Below the pieces are notes generated by a model. The model did not search any database. It had not been told where the DNA came from and saw only the letters and a list, made by a program, of their open reading frames with translations. DNA of 29,796 nucleotides, taken from positions 1-29,796 of the forward strand of contig JANLPS010000297.1 of NCBI GenBank assembly GCA_031367385.1, in the 5' to 3' direction. The DNA comes from Archangium sp. (lineage in GTDB: Bacteria > Myxococcota > Myxococcia > Myxococcales > Myxococcaceae). Shown one piece after another: positions 1 to 9,103 of this stretch (position 1 is its first letter; the number at the start of each line of letters is the position of its first letter). The position numbers were made by a program, and so were the translations under genes.

Positions 1-1
1 G

Positions 2-565
2 GCGTACTTCGATGCCGAGTCGTTTTTTCGCAGCACGGTCGAGAACGAGGGCCGCCCCACCGCGCGAGGCACGCTGCTGATTGAAGCCGCCGTGCGAAAC
101 GCGTTGTTTTTCGGGCAGTTTCTCGAGGCCGTGCTGCTGCAAAACGGGTTTCGAACCTCCCGCGCGCAAGACAAGACGCTCAACGTGTGGCGCTTTCGGG
201 TCTTCGATGAGCCGGTCGAGGTCGCGTTGACCGCGAGCACGCTGTTCGTCAAAGGCGGAGAGCCCGTCAAAGGCCGCCCCGGCACTGATCTCGTCTCGAA
301 GTGGGGCAAGTCGTTCGACGGCGCGTTCGCTCCGGGGCACGTATCGCTGCTGATCGACCTGGGGCAGCTGCGCCGCGAGCTGATGGCACCGCGGTTCATC
401 GAAGGGCTCGACCCCCGCCGGGTCGTCACCGCTCAGGCAATTGCGCAGACTTTGCTCGACCGGCTCACCCAGCTCGACGTGGTACTGGTCGATGTCGCTC
501 CCGATGCACGCGGCGCATCGGTGCAGGCCGTCGTTCGCGCGCGCCCCCGGGAGAAGTCGGAGTGA
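2..565 (+). CDS. Hypothetical protein, 5'-truncated (C-terminal part only)
   Basis: The frame of ORF 92..565 is open back to the window edge (AYFDAESFFRSTVENEGRPTARG...). Its TGA (563-565) overlaps the next gene's GTG (GTGA). No family recognised. Confidence 0.75.
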   Translation, partial: AYFDAESFFRSTVENEGRPTARGTLLIEAAVRNALFFGQFLEAVLLQNGFRTSRAQDKTLNVWRFRVFDEPVEVALTASTLFVKGGEPVKGRPGTDLVSKWGKSFDGAFAPGHVSLLIDLGQLRRELMAPRFIEGLDPRRVVTAQAIAQTLLDRLTQLDVVLVDVAPDARGASVQAVVRARPREKSE

Positions 566-1227
566 TCGAGGTCACCGTTCGATTCTTCGCGGTCACACGC
601 GAGAAGGTTGGGCGCTCGGTGGCGAAAGTGTCGCTCGATGCGCCGCACACCGTCGCTCACTTGAATGAAGTACTGGTGCGCGAATTTCCCGCGCTGGTGC
701 CGCTGATGAAACACCTGCGCATCGCCGTCGATCAGGAGTTCGCTTCGAACCACACGCTGCTCCGCGAGGGCATCGAGGTCGCGCTGATTCCTCCCGTCGC
801 GGGAGGGTCGGGTGAGTGCTTCTGCGTCGTCGAGACGACGCTCGATGTGCAGACCGTGATCGGTGCGGTCTCGGGGCCTGATCACGGCGGGGTCGTCTCG
901 TTCACCGGAGTCGTTCGCAACGCCACCAAGTCGCGCGCCGTGACGAAGCTCGAATACGAAGCCTTCGCACCGATGGCCGAGAAGGTGTTTCGCGCCATCG
1001 CCGACGAGGCGCGCGTGAAGTGGCCTGGAGTGCGAATCGCCGTGATGCATCGCGTTGGAACGCTGGTGCCCGGGGAGCTCGCGGTGGTGATCGCGGCCTC
1101 AGCACCGGGCAGGCACGACGCCTTCGCAGCGTGCTCGCACACCATCGAGCGCTTGAAGGCCGACGCCCCGATCTGGAAGAAAGAATTCTTCGAAGACGGC
1201 GAAGTGTGGGTGGGCCTGGGCCCGTAG
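562..1227 (+). CDS. moaD-moaE: Molybdopterin synthase MoaD-MoaE fusion protein
   Basis: The N-terminal ubiquitin-like domain (VTVRFFA...IAVDQEF...VALIPPVAGG) is followed by MoaE motifs (GGVVSFTGVVR, LEYEAF, HRVG, APIWKKE). GTG start placed at 562 from the overlap with the upstream stop. Confidence 0.92.
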   Translation: MIEVTVRFFAVTREKVGRSVAKVSLDAPHTVAHLNEVLVREFPALVPLMKHLRIAVDQEFASNHTLLREGIEVALIPPVAGGSGECFCVVETTLDVQTVIGAVSGPDHGGVVSFTGVVRNATKSRAVTKLEYEAFAPMAEKVFRAIADEARVKWPGVRIAVMHRVGTLVPGELAVVIAASAPGRHDAFAACSHTIERLKADAPIWKKEFFEDGEVWVGLGP

Positions 1228-1246
1228 GTTTGGTATTGCCCGCCGA

Positions 1247-3205
1247 ATGCGCCACGAATTTCGATTCGCCCTCATCGGGCTCGCCTTGGGTCTGGCGATC
1301 GCCACGATGCCAGGGTGCACCAAGAAGTGCGACGTCAGCTCTTGCCCGACGGGTTGTTGCTCGGCCGCCGGTGAGTGCAAGCCAGGCACCGCGCTCGACG
1401 CATGCGGTGTTGGCGCGAACGCCTGCTCGACCTGCAATGGCGGCAGCTGCAACGCCGGCGTGTGCTCGAACGGCACGGTGCATGGCGACGGCGGCGTGAT
1501 CGTCGCTCCGGCCGATGCGGGCCACATCACCTGCAAGACCGACGACGAGTGCGCGGTCTTGGCCAACGGTTCGGTCTGCGATACCCGCAGCGGTGACTGC
1601 GTCGCCGGCAAAGGGTGCAACGACGTCACCAACTGCCAACCCGACGACCCGACCGACCCTTGCTACCAGCTTGGGGTGCAGTGCCGGTGCGACACCCGCG
1701 ATGCGCCCGACACCACCACCCATGGTACCTGCCGCCGCCGCAAAGGCGCATGCGAACCCTGCACCACCGACGCAGAATGCGGTGATGACCCGGTGATCTT
1801 CGGGCCTCCTGGCATCGGCTACGGCAAGTGCCGCGCGATGACCGGCGACACCAGCGGCGCGAAGTTCTGTCTCTATCAACGGGTCGGCGCGTGCTCGTGC
1901 GGCAAGGTGCAAGACACCGAAGGCCTGTGCCGCCCGGTGAACAACAGCTGCACCGAGGTGGGCTGCCGCAACGATAAGAACTGCTCGAACAATACGGTGT
2001 GCACCGTGAATCTGCCCGATGGCGCCGGTGCCTGTGGCGGCGTCTGCAAGCCCCGCTGCCGGTGGGACTTCGACACCCGTGAGCTCGCCATGCCTGGCTG
2101 CCCCGGTGGCCAGACCTGCTGGGTCGACAGCGCCAACCTCGACGCGGGCTCGTTGTTCTATGGCTCGGGCCGCTGCACTGCTCCGTGTGCGGGTGATGCC
2201 GATTGCAAGGCTCCGATGAATGCGTTCGGCGGGGCCAACCTGGTGTGCGCGGGTGAAAAACTGAAGAGCGGCGGCAACGATGCCAAGCGCTGCCGCGCCG
2301 ACGGCCAGTGCATGGACGACTTCGAGTGCCCTGACTTGCCAAGCGATCAACCTCCGCTCGGGTATTGCGACAAGGGCTCGCGCACCTGCAAGACCGATTG
2401 CCGTGAGGGCAGCGACCCGATCAGCGGTAAGCCGTACCGAGACTGCCGAATGCCGTACGGGTGCAGCGGCGGCACCTGCAAGTTGCTCAGCTGTTTGCAG
2501 CAGGGCGGGGCGAACATCGCGTGCGTGCGCGGCCAATTCTGCTGCGGCGAAGACAAAGACGGAGACGGCAAGGCAGACCCGTGCCCTCCAGTCGCTGAGC
2601 AAGACGCGGCGGGGTGCTACGACGCTCCGAAGCCGCCGTTCTGTACGGCCTGCATGAACAACGACAGCTGCAAGAGCCCGACGTTGCCGGCGTATTTGAA
2701 CGGCGCGTGCACCAATGGCTCGAAGGCGCCCTCGTGCAGCACCTTGCCGCCCATCTGCATCAATGTCGGCCAGAAGCCCGGCGGAGGAGACGTCAAGGTC
2801 TGCGCCGTGCCCACGTGGAACGACGACACCAAGATCAACGGGCGCTTCAAGTACTCGCTTGGCTGCCCGCAGGGGTACGACATCAGGTTCTTGCGGCACG
2901 ACTTCGCCGAAGACGGCATCAACTATTGCAAGAGCGACGCTGACTGCAACAAGGGTACGACCAGCGGCAAGTGCGAGGTCGACCCCGACATTCGATACGC
3001 AGACGGTGGCACGGGCATGTCGTGCCGGTGCGACGCAAACTCGGGCAAGAGCCAGTGCCCGCAAGACTCGGCGAACAACATCGCGACCGAGTGCCGCGTG
3101 GCCTCGTCGGGCCGCACCTTCTGCATCGAGTCGGCGGTGTGCGTGCCGGGCAACGGCATCGCGTATCTGCCTCCGGGCGCGCCGTACTACGGCTGCGGTT
3201 TGTAA
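1247..3205 (+). CDS. Large cysteine-rich secreted lipoprotein
   Basis: Signal peptide with lipobox-like MPGC. Many CxxDxxC-type units (CKTDDEC, CTTDAEC, CRNDKNC, CAGDADC, CMDDFEC, CKSDADC) and a DKDGDG Ca-binding-like motif. Confidence 0.85.
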   Translation: MRHEFRFALIGLALGLAIATMPGCTKKCDVSSCPTGCCSAAGECKPGTALDACGVGANACSTCNGGSCNAGVCSNGTVHGDGGVIVAPADAGHITCKTDDECAVLANGSVCDTRSGDCVAGKGCNDVTNCQPDDPTDPCYQLGVQCRCDTRDAPDTTTHGTCRRRKGACEPCTTDAECGDDPVIFGPPGIGYGKCRAMTGDTSGAKFCLYQRVGACSCGKVQDTEGLCRPVNNSCTEVGCRNDKNCSNNTVCTVNLPDGAGACGGVCKPRCRWDFDTRELAMPGCPGGQTCWVDSANLDAGSLFYGSGRCTAPCAGDADCKAPMNAFGGANLVCAGEKLKSGGNDAKRCRADGQCMDDFECPDLPSDQPPLGYCDKGSRTCKTDCREGSDPISGKPYRDCRMPYGCSGGTCKLLSCLQQGGANIACVRGQFCCGEDKDGDGKADPCPPVAEQDAAGCYDAPKPPFCTACMNNDSCKSPTLPAYLNGACTNGSKAPSCSTLPPICINVGQKPGGGDVKVCAVPTWNDDTKINGRFKYSLGCPQGYDIRFLRHDFAEDGINYCKSDADCNKGTTSGKCEVDPDIRYADGGTGMSCRCDANSGKSQCPQDSANNIATECRVASSGRTFCIESAVCVPGNGIAYLPPGAPYYGCGL

Positions 3206-3801
3206 GTCTTTTTACCCAACACCATCGCCTCGACGCCCTGACGCAACGCGGCCGTCGCGGTGACCGTGCTCGCCGGGGGCCGGCTCAGCGTGGCCGCCCC
3301 GTGCGCCATGAACCAGACCTGGTGCGCCGTGACCTCGACCTCTTCGGCGGTGATCAGCTTCGCGCCGACCAGCGCCGTCACGGCTGAGATCAGCTCGTTG
3401 AAGGCGTCGTTCGAGGCCGTCGCCAGCTCGGGGTATTTTCGAAACTCGAGCCCGATGTTGAACATCAGGTCGAGCCGCTCTGGGTATTTCTGGCCGAAGA
3501 GCACGTAGCTCTCGCCCTGGCGAAGCAGGCCCTCGACCGGGTCTTTCGTGCTCAGCCGAGGTGCTCGAAGCGCGTCTCGAAACCCGATGAACGCTTCAGT
3601 CGCGGCGGCGGCGAGCAGGGCCTCCTTGTCGGCGAAGTGGCGGTAGACCGCTGCGCCCGAGACGTCGAGCAGGCGGGCCGCCCCGGTCAGCGAGACCGCC
3701 CGTGCGCCCTTGGCCTTGGCCAACTTGAGCGCGGCATCGATCAGCGACCGACGCAGATCTCCATGATGGTACGCTCCTTTACGCTTCGCCTTCGCAGTCA
3801 C
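3187..3801 (-). CDS. TetR/AcrR family transcriptional regulator
   Basis: N-terminal YHHGDLRRSLIDAA...SLTGAARLLDVSGAAVYRHFADKEALL helix-turn-helix and a C-terminal VWFMAHG motif (WHG-type). Confidence 0.92.
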   Translation of the reverse strand: MTAKAKRKGAYHHGDLRRSLIDAALKLAKAKGARAVSLTGAARLLDVSGAAVYRHFADKEALLAAAATEAFIGFRDALRAPRLSTKDPVEGLLRQGESYVLFGQKYPERLDLMFNIGLEFRKYPELATASNDAFNELISAVTALVGAKLITAEEVEVTAHQVWFMAHGAATLSRPPASTVTATAALRQGVEAMVLGKKTYKPQP

Positions 3802-3834
3802 CCCGCGACCATACCGTCTCGCATGTTGCTTGCC

Positions 3835-3851
3835 ATAACATTCAATGTTAT
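3835..3851. promoter_or_regulatory. Putative TetR operator, perfect palindrome ATAACATT-C-AATGTTAT
   Basis: An 8-bp perfect inverted repeat with a 1-bp spacer, in the 60-bp AT-rich gap between the divergent TetR and oxygenase genes. It lies between candidate -35 TTGCTT (3826-3831) and -10 TATTCG (3849-3854), overlapping the latter. Confidence 0.75.
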
Positions 3852-3861
3852 TCGTATTTAC

Positions 3862-5292
3862 ATGGAACCTACGATCGAGCTTCTGGGGGCGCAGTCTCCA
3901 TTTCGTTCAAACCTCTCGCGCCTTGAGGCCTCGGTGAAGGTGACCGGGGTGTTGCCCGAGTGGTTGACGGGGCAGGTGGTCCGAACGGCTCCGGCGGTGT
4001 TTCAGGCGCCGGGGTGGCAGGCCGGGCACTGGTTCGACGGGTTGGGCATGCTGTATGCGTTTCGGTTCGACGCGAAGGGAGCGGTGTCGTTTCGGCAGCG
4101 CTTGCTCGAGAGCACGATGGCGAAGGCGCCCGGCAAGCTGGCCTCGTTCGGCACGTCGATGCAGCGCGGGTTCTTCAAGCGCCTGTTTCAGCCGATACCG
4201 CCGCAGTCTGACAACACCAACGTGAACATCTTGCCGTACGGCGATGAGCTGGTCGCGATGACCGAGACCTCGACGCAGTGGGTGGTCGACCCCGAGACGC
4301 TCGAGAACAAGCGCACACTCCATTGGGAGGGCGATGAGCCGACCAACATGCTGGCGCACCCGCACTTCGACTTCGAGCGCAAGGTGATCGTCAATGTCGG
4401 CACGGTGTTCGGCCGCACATCGGCGCTGTCGGTGTTCGAGCATGGGCCCAACGAGCGAAAGCGGCGTGAAATCGGCCGTTGGGAGCTCAAGCGGGTGCCC
4501 TACGTGCACTCGTTCGGGCTGACGTCGAAGCACGCGGTGCTCATCGCGCACCCCTTCGATGTGTCGTCGCTGTCGATGCTCTGGTCGAACAAAGGCTACA
4601 TCGATCATTTCAAGTGGAGCGCAAGCCAAGGCACTCGTATCGCGGTCATCGATCGTTCGACGGGGGCGGTTCGTGAGCACCAGACGAAGGCCTTGTTCAC
4701 GTTTCACACGGTGAATTCGTTCGAAGAGGGCGACACGACAGTGGTCGACACGATCGCCTACGACGATGTCGAGGTGTTGCGACACCTGTCGGCGAGCGCG
4801 ATGTCGCATGGGTACCCGAACCTGAAATCGAAGCTGGTTCGGTTGCGCATGACGAAGGGCGTTGACGAGGCCACGGTCACGCAGCTGAGTGACACGTTCT
4901 TCGAGTTTCCCGCGATTCATTACAAACAGTTCGCTGGGCGGGCGTACCAGACGACCTGGGGTGCGTCGCTGTGGTCGCCCGAAGGAGGTGCCTTGCAGTC
5001 GCGAATCGTGAAGATCGACGTCGCGACCGGGCGAACGGCGCGCTTCGAAGACCCTGACTTCGTGTTCGGTGAGCCGCTCTTCGTGCCCAAGCCTGACGCG
5101 AAGGGTGAACAAGATGGGGTGCTCCTGACCGTCGGCTCGCACCGAAACGAAGACCGGGCCGCGCTCCAGATTCTCAGCGCGCAGTCGCTCGAGTCAATCG
5201 CGAGGGCCGAAGTCGACGTACCACTGCCTCTGGGGTTTCACGGCTCGTATTTAAGGGGGGCTGGCGAGCATGGGCAGCGCCCACCGCAGTGA
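3862..5292 (+). CDS. Carotenoid cleavage oxygenase / RPE65 family protein
   Basis: Motifs G.LPEWL.G, HWFDGLGM, DNTNVN, FEFP and GEPLFVP, with four iron-ligand His in AHPH, YVHSF, FHTVN and GFHG. Start moved to ATG 3862 because the longer ORF overlaps the TetR gene. Confidence 0.92.
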   Translation: MEPTIELLGAQSPFRSNLSRLEASVKVTGVLPEWLTGQVVRTAPAVFQAPGWQAGHWFDGLGMLYAFRFDAKGAVSFRQRLLESTMAKAPGKLASFGTSMQRGFFKRLFQPIPPQSDNTNVNILPYGDELVAMTETSTQWVVDPETLENKRTLHWEGDEPTNMLAHPHFDFERKVIVNVGTVFGRTSALSVFEHGPNERKRREIGRWELKRVPYVHSFGLTSKHAVLIAHPFDVSSLSMLWSNKGYIDHFKWSASQGTRIAVIDRSTGAVREHQTKALFTFHTVNSFEEGDTTVVDTIAYDDVEVLRHLSASAMSHGYPNLKSKLVRLRMTKGVDEATVTQLSDTFFEFPAIHYKQFAGRAYQTTWGASLWSPEGGALQSRIVKIDVATGRTARFEDPDFVFGEPLFVPKPDAKGEQDGVLLTVGSHRNEDRAALQILSAQSLESIARAEVDVPLPLGFHGSYLRGAGEHGQRPPQ

Positions 5293-6402
5293 CGCTACGA
5301 GGATCACCGCCACCGTCATCACGCTCAGCTCGAAGCCACCCAGTCGCGGCTTGCCAAATGCCGCGTTGAATATCGGCCGCTCAATCGCCAACAACAGCAC
5401 GATGAACGCCCCGATCGCTCCAAGCGCGAATGATCGGTTCCACTCCAGCGCTTTGTACAAGTCAGCGCCCGGTCGCTCGAACAGCAACCCGCTGAACGCC
5501 AGCGTCAAATCAATCACCGGTGCAGCGAACATCACCATGAACACCGCCGGGCGCAGCCATCGGGTGACGCGCGGCACCACGACCCCCGCGAACGACGCGA
5601 TGACCACCGACCAGATCGCCGGGGCGATGCTCATCAAGAACGGGGGGAACTCGTGCGCCTCGTCGAATTGCACGGCGCCGAATCGAAACCCGTCGTCATC
5701 GAGCGAGGGCAGCAGTTGAATCATCTCGACGCTGCCGCCCAGGGCCGTGCCGGCCGCGACGTGCGCCAGCTCGTGCATGCCGACCCCGAATAGAAGCACG
5801 AAGGGTAGGGCGATCACCCACCGGCCATGTGCACGCACGAAGGCACTGAGCTGCCACCGGCGCGGGCGCGAAAACACGGCGACCGGTGTGGCCAGCGCGA
5901 GACTCGAAACGGGTAAACCCGCTCCCACCACCGCAAGAAACAGATCAGACCGAACACGCCAATGCGCGGCGAAGAATGCGCACGCAATCACCACCGTGGG
6001 CCAGACCTGCAACACGCCGGTGAAGTCACCGGTCGGGTCACCGGTGAGCAATGCCTTTACCTGGCACCCGACGTCGACGAGCGGAGCCACCCACAACACC
6101 ACCCACCACCCCGTCGAGGCGCGCCGAGCAACCAAAGCGAACGCACTGGCCCATGCCATCGAGAGCACTGCAGGCGCTACCAACACCCAGCGCACGCCGC
6201 TCGGGCTGACCTCGAACCACGGCGCGAGCACCGGGTGCGCGGTGCCGAGCTGCACCCAGGTCACGCCTCCGAGTCGGCCGCCATTGAACCAGCCGACCAC
6301 CACGTGCACTCCCGCGTGCACGAAGGCCCACAGCACCAACGCGAAGGGCAACCACACCACTGATCGCAACGCCCGTTGCCAGCGCGCGGCGTAACGAAGC
6401 AT
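5251..6402 (-). CDS. Integral membrane protein with two M50-peptidase-like halves (one intact HELAH motif)
   Basis: Multiple hydrophobic segments. MHELAHVAAGTALGG in the second half and degenerate VHAGVHVVVGWFNGG in the first. The ancestral start may be 6468 (see findings). Confidence 0.7.
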   Translation of the reverse strand: MLRYAARWQRALRSVVWLPFALVLWAFVHAGVHVVVGWFNGGRLGGVTWVQLGTAHPVLAPWFEVSPSGVRWVLVAPAVLSMAWASAFALVARRASTGWWVVLWVAPLVDVGCQVKALLTGDPTGDFTGVLQVWPTVVIACAFFAAHWRVRSDLFLAVVGAGLPVSSLALATPVAVFSRPRRWQLSAFVRAHGRWVIALPFVLLFGVGMHELAHVAAGTALGGSVEMIQLLPSLDDDGFRFGAVQFDEAHEFPPFLMSIAPAIWSVVIASFAGVVVPRVTRWLRPAVFMVMFAAPVIDLTLAFSGLLFERPGADLYKALEWNRSFALGAIGAFIVLLLAIERPIFNAAFGKPRLGGFELSVMTVAVILVASLRWALPMLASPP

Positions 6403-6643
6403 CGGTCAGCCCCGAAACGCCAGCGACGAGGCGACCAGGAACGGCATGAGTCGGTCAGTGCGCAACATGTCTCCCGCTTTCGTCGAGGCTGCGGGCAGCG
6501 CATACCGCAGGGGCGCTCGCTTGAGACGCGTCACGAACGCTCTTACTGTAAGTGACTGATTTAACTGAAGGCCATGCAGCCTCTTGGCCGGTTTTCGCTC
6601 GAGGCCACGCAAAATCTGCGGGCGGCGCGCGTCCCGTCGAGAA

Positions 6644-7439
6644 ATGGCCATTGGTTCTGTTTCAGCTGCGGCTCCCGTCGTGCTTGGTGATCGCTTCGAG
6701 CCCGCTCCGACGGAGGTGATCAAGACCGGCGGTCAACCGATCGCCCAGCGCAGGCTGGGGGGCAAAATCAACCGAGTCGATCGAGGTCACCTCTTTTCAG
6801 GTCGCCCCCGGGTGGACACAGAACACGCTCATCGCGCAGCTGTGCCCGGGCAGACGCTCGACCGGCCCTGACCTGCTCTTCGGCACGGCCGCTGACGGCT
6901 CGATTCGTGCGTTCGCTGCGCCAGGCCTCAAAGGCAAGGTGGCGATCAATGACAGCGTCACCGTCGACGGGCAGAGGTATTCGCTCTTCGCGCAATAGCT
7001 CGGCATGAACGTGCCGCTGCGCGGCTGGCTCCGTGCTTCTTGGCGACGTGCGCGCCGTCATGGAGGGCGAGCGGCGGGTGACCTCGAAGGCGAGCTGGAC
7101 GAATTCGTTCGAGCCGTACCGGCTTTCACCCCTGCCGCCGAGCCCGGCAGTGGTCAAGAATGCACTGGAGCAATATCAGTCGATGTTCGTGCAGACCAAT
7201 CGCGACACCGGCTCGGTCCTCCTGAGCCTGAGCCGTGGCAAAGACTCCAACATCGACTTCACCGCCCTCGAAAACGGCACGTCAGGGTGCATGGCGCTGG
7301 GCCCAGGCGGGTGCTCGAAGGCGACGAGGTCGGCCTGGTACGCGCTGCAATTCTCAAAGAACTCGCCGACCCCAAATCGGCCGGCAACACCTACTTCTCG
7401 AACGAGCTCAAGGCCCTGCTCGTGCGCCTCGAGCGCTGA
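6644..7439 (+). pseudogene. Frameshifted or degraded hypothetical gene
   Basis: Protein-like text switches frames: MAIGSVSAAAP... (from 6644), then KSTESIEVTSFQVAPGW...DGQRYSLFAQ* (TAG 6996-6998), then LLGDVRAVMEG...DFTALENG, then RRVLEGDEVGLVRAAILKEL...LLVRLER* (7439). Confidence 0.55.
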
Positions 7440-7442
7440 ACG

Positions 7443-9080
7443 CTAGGGCGCCCGAAACTGCCGCGACGAGGCGACCACCGCCTGGTACTTCGCGATTTCT
7501 TCGGCGACCCGTTGCTCCGACCAGCCCAATCGCAACGCCATGCGAGCCGCGATCTTCGCTGCTGCGCCCAGGCCCTGATCTCGGCCGCGCAAGACCAACG
7601 GCACCCGACGCGACATCACGTCATCGAGCGTGCGAGCGAATTCATGGTCGACCGCTTCGTCGACCTGGGCGAGCAAATACGGCAGCTCCGGGTCGAGCCC
7701 CTCGCCGGCGCTCGGGTCGTGTCTGATTCTCGCCAGCACCTCCGTCGCGCGAGACCCATACGTCTGCACGAAGTACCGCGAGCGAGGCGAGTTGCCCAGG
7801 GCGCTCTCGAGCGAGTGGAGCGCTTCGTCAGATTCACTGATGCCCTCCGCGCCCGGCAAAGGCCGCTCGGCCGTGGTCGATTTCACCTGCGAGCCGAGCT
7901 GGTGCGCCGCGCGGTCGACGACCTCCATTGCCATGATTCGGTAGGTGGTCAGCTTGCCGCCCGCGATCGTCAAGAAGCCGGGCCGCTCGTACAGCATGTG
8001 CTCGCGCGAGACGTCTGACGCTCCAGCGGTCGCGTCGGCTGGCTTGAGCAGCGGCCTGAGCCCCGACCACGTCGACAGCACGTCATCGGGCGACAACTTC
8101 GACTCGGGGAAGTAGGTGTTCGCCGTCTCGAGCAGGTAGTCGATGTCTTCTTTCGTTGGCTCGACCTTGTCTGGAGACCCATCGAAGTAGGTGTCAGTTG
8201 TACCCACCACGCTCCGGCCCAGCCCCCAGGGTATGCAGAAGACCGCCCGGCGATCGCGCGGGCTGAGCAGCATCAGCGCGTTCTCGACTGGCAGGCGCTT
8301 CGAGTCGACGACCACGTGCACGCCCTTGGTCGGCTTCAGAATCGGAGCCTCTCCGAGCAGCGCCCGCACCTCGTCGCTCCATGGGCCGCTGGCGTTGATC
8401 ACGACTTTGGTGGCGACCTGAATCGAAGTGCCGGTCTCGGTGTCGACCACATGCACGCCGGTGATTCGATCGGTGCCGTCTCTGACGAGCTTGTCGGCCT
8501 TGGCGTGGTTGAGCACCACCGCTCCGAGCGCGCGGGCATCGAGCGCGTTCTCGAGGGTCAGCCGCGCGTCGTCGGTGACGCAGTCGTAATAGAGAATGCC
8601 GCCGTTGAGCCCATCGGTCTTCAGCCAGGGCTCGAGCTGGTGGGTCTTCGCAGCGCCGTAGGTGCGGTGATTGCGGTACGCCCCGAAGAAGCAGAGCGCG
8701 TCGTAGATCCACAACCCGATGTCCAACGTGAGGAGCCAGCGGGGGTCACCTTTGAAGTTGGTGACCAGAAACGGCTGTGGCCGCACCAGGTGGCGCGCCA
8801 ATTTCATCAGCCGTTTTCGCTCGTTGACCGATTCGAAGACCAGCTTGAACTCGGCGTGCTCGAGGTAGCGCAAGCCGCCGTGAATCAGCTTCGAAGACTT
8901 CGAAGAGGTGCCGCTGGCGAAGTCGTCTTTTTCGACCAGCGCGACCTTGAGCCCTCGCAGCGCCGCGTCGCGGGCGATGCCGGTGCCGGTGATGCCTCCG
9001 CCGACGACGAGAATGTCGAAGGTGTGGGTCGAGAGCGCGTCGAGGGCCTGCTGTCGCTGCGCGTTGGGGCTTGCTGCCAT
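7443..9080 (-). CDS. glpD: FAD-dependent glycerol-3-phosphate dehydrogenase
   Basis: GGGITG FAD motif, DFASGTSSKSSKLIHGGLRYLE, GTTD, GLRPL and GGKLTTYR. Start is ATG 9080 or GTG 9098. Confidence 0.95.
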   Translation of the reverse strand: MAASPNAQRQQALDALSTHTFDILVVGGGITGTGIARDAALRGLKVALVEKDDFASGTSSKSSKLIHGGLRYLEHAEFKLVFESVNERKRLMKLARHLVRPQPFLVTNFKGDPRWLLTLDIGLWIYDALCFFGAYRNHRTYGAAKTHQLEPWLKTDGLNGGILYYDCVTDDARLTLENALDARALGAVVLNHAKADKLVRDGTDRITGVHVVDTETGTSIQVATKVVINASGPWSDEVRALLGEAPILKPTKGVHVVVDSKRLPVENALMLLSPRDRRAVFCIPWGLGRSVVGTTDTYFDGSPDKVEPTKEDIDYLLETANTYFPESKLSPDDVLSTWSGLRPLLKPADATAGASDVSREHMLYERPGFLTIAGGKLTTYRIMAMEVVDRAAHQLGSQVKSTTAERPLPGAEGISESDEALHSLESALGNSPRSRYFVQTYGSRATEVLARIRHDPSAGEGLDPELPYLLAQVDEAVDHEFARTLDDVMSRRVPLVLRGRDQGLGAAAKIAARMALRLGWSEQRVAEEIAKYQAVVASSRQFRAP

Positions 9081-9103
9081 GTGATGCAAGGGCTCCACGA
9101 AAG

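Noticed and set aside
301..561. Extended N-termini in the ORF track (moaD-moaE from 301; also 3637, 10740, 17167, 22775, 26577, 26999)
   Set aside because: They overlap neighbouring genes. Downstream starts with an RBS or stop-start coupling match the domain boundaries better.
902..3064. 720-aa minus-strand ORF, and similar long shadow ORFs (3907..5142, 10254..11435, 20799..22214, 24683..25852)
   Set aside because: They lie antisense to well-supported genes, have no motifs, and are typical artefacts of high-GC codon bias.
6406..6408. In-frame TGA as selenocysteine
   Set aside because: No redox motif context and no convincing SECIS-like hairpin that I could identify.
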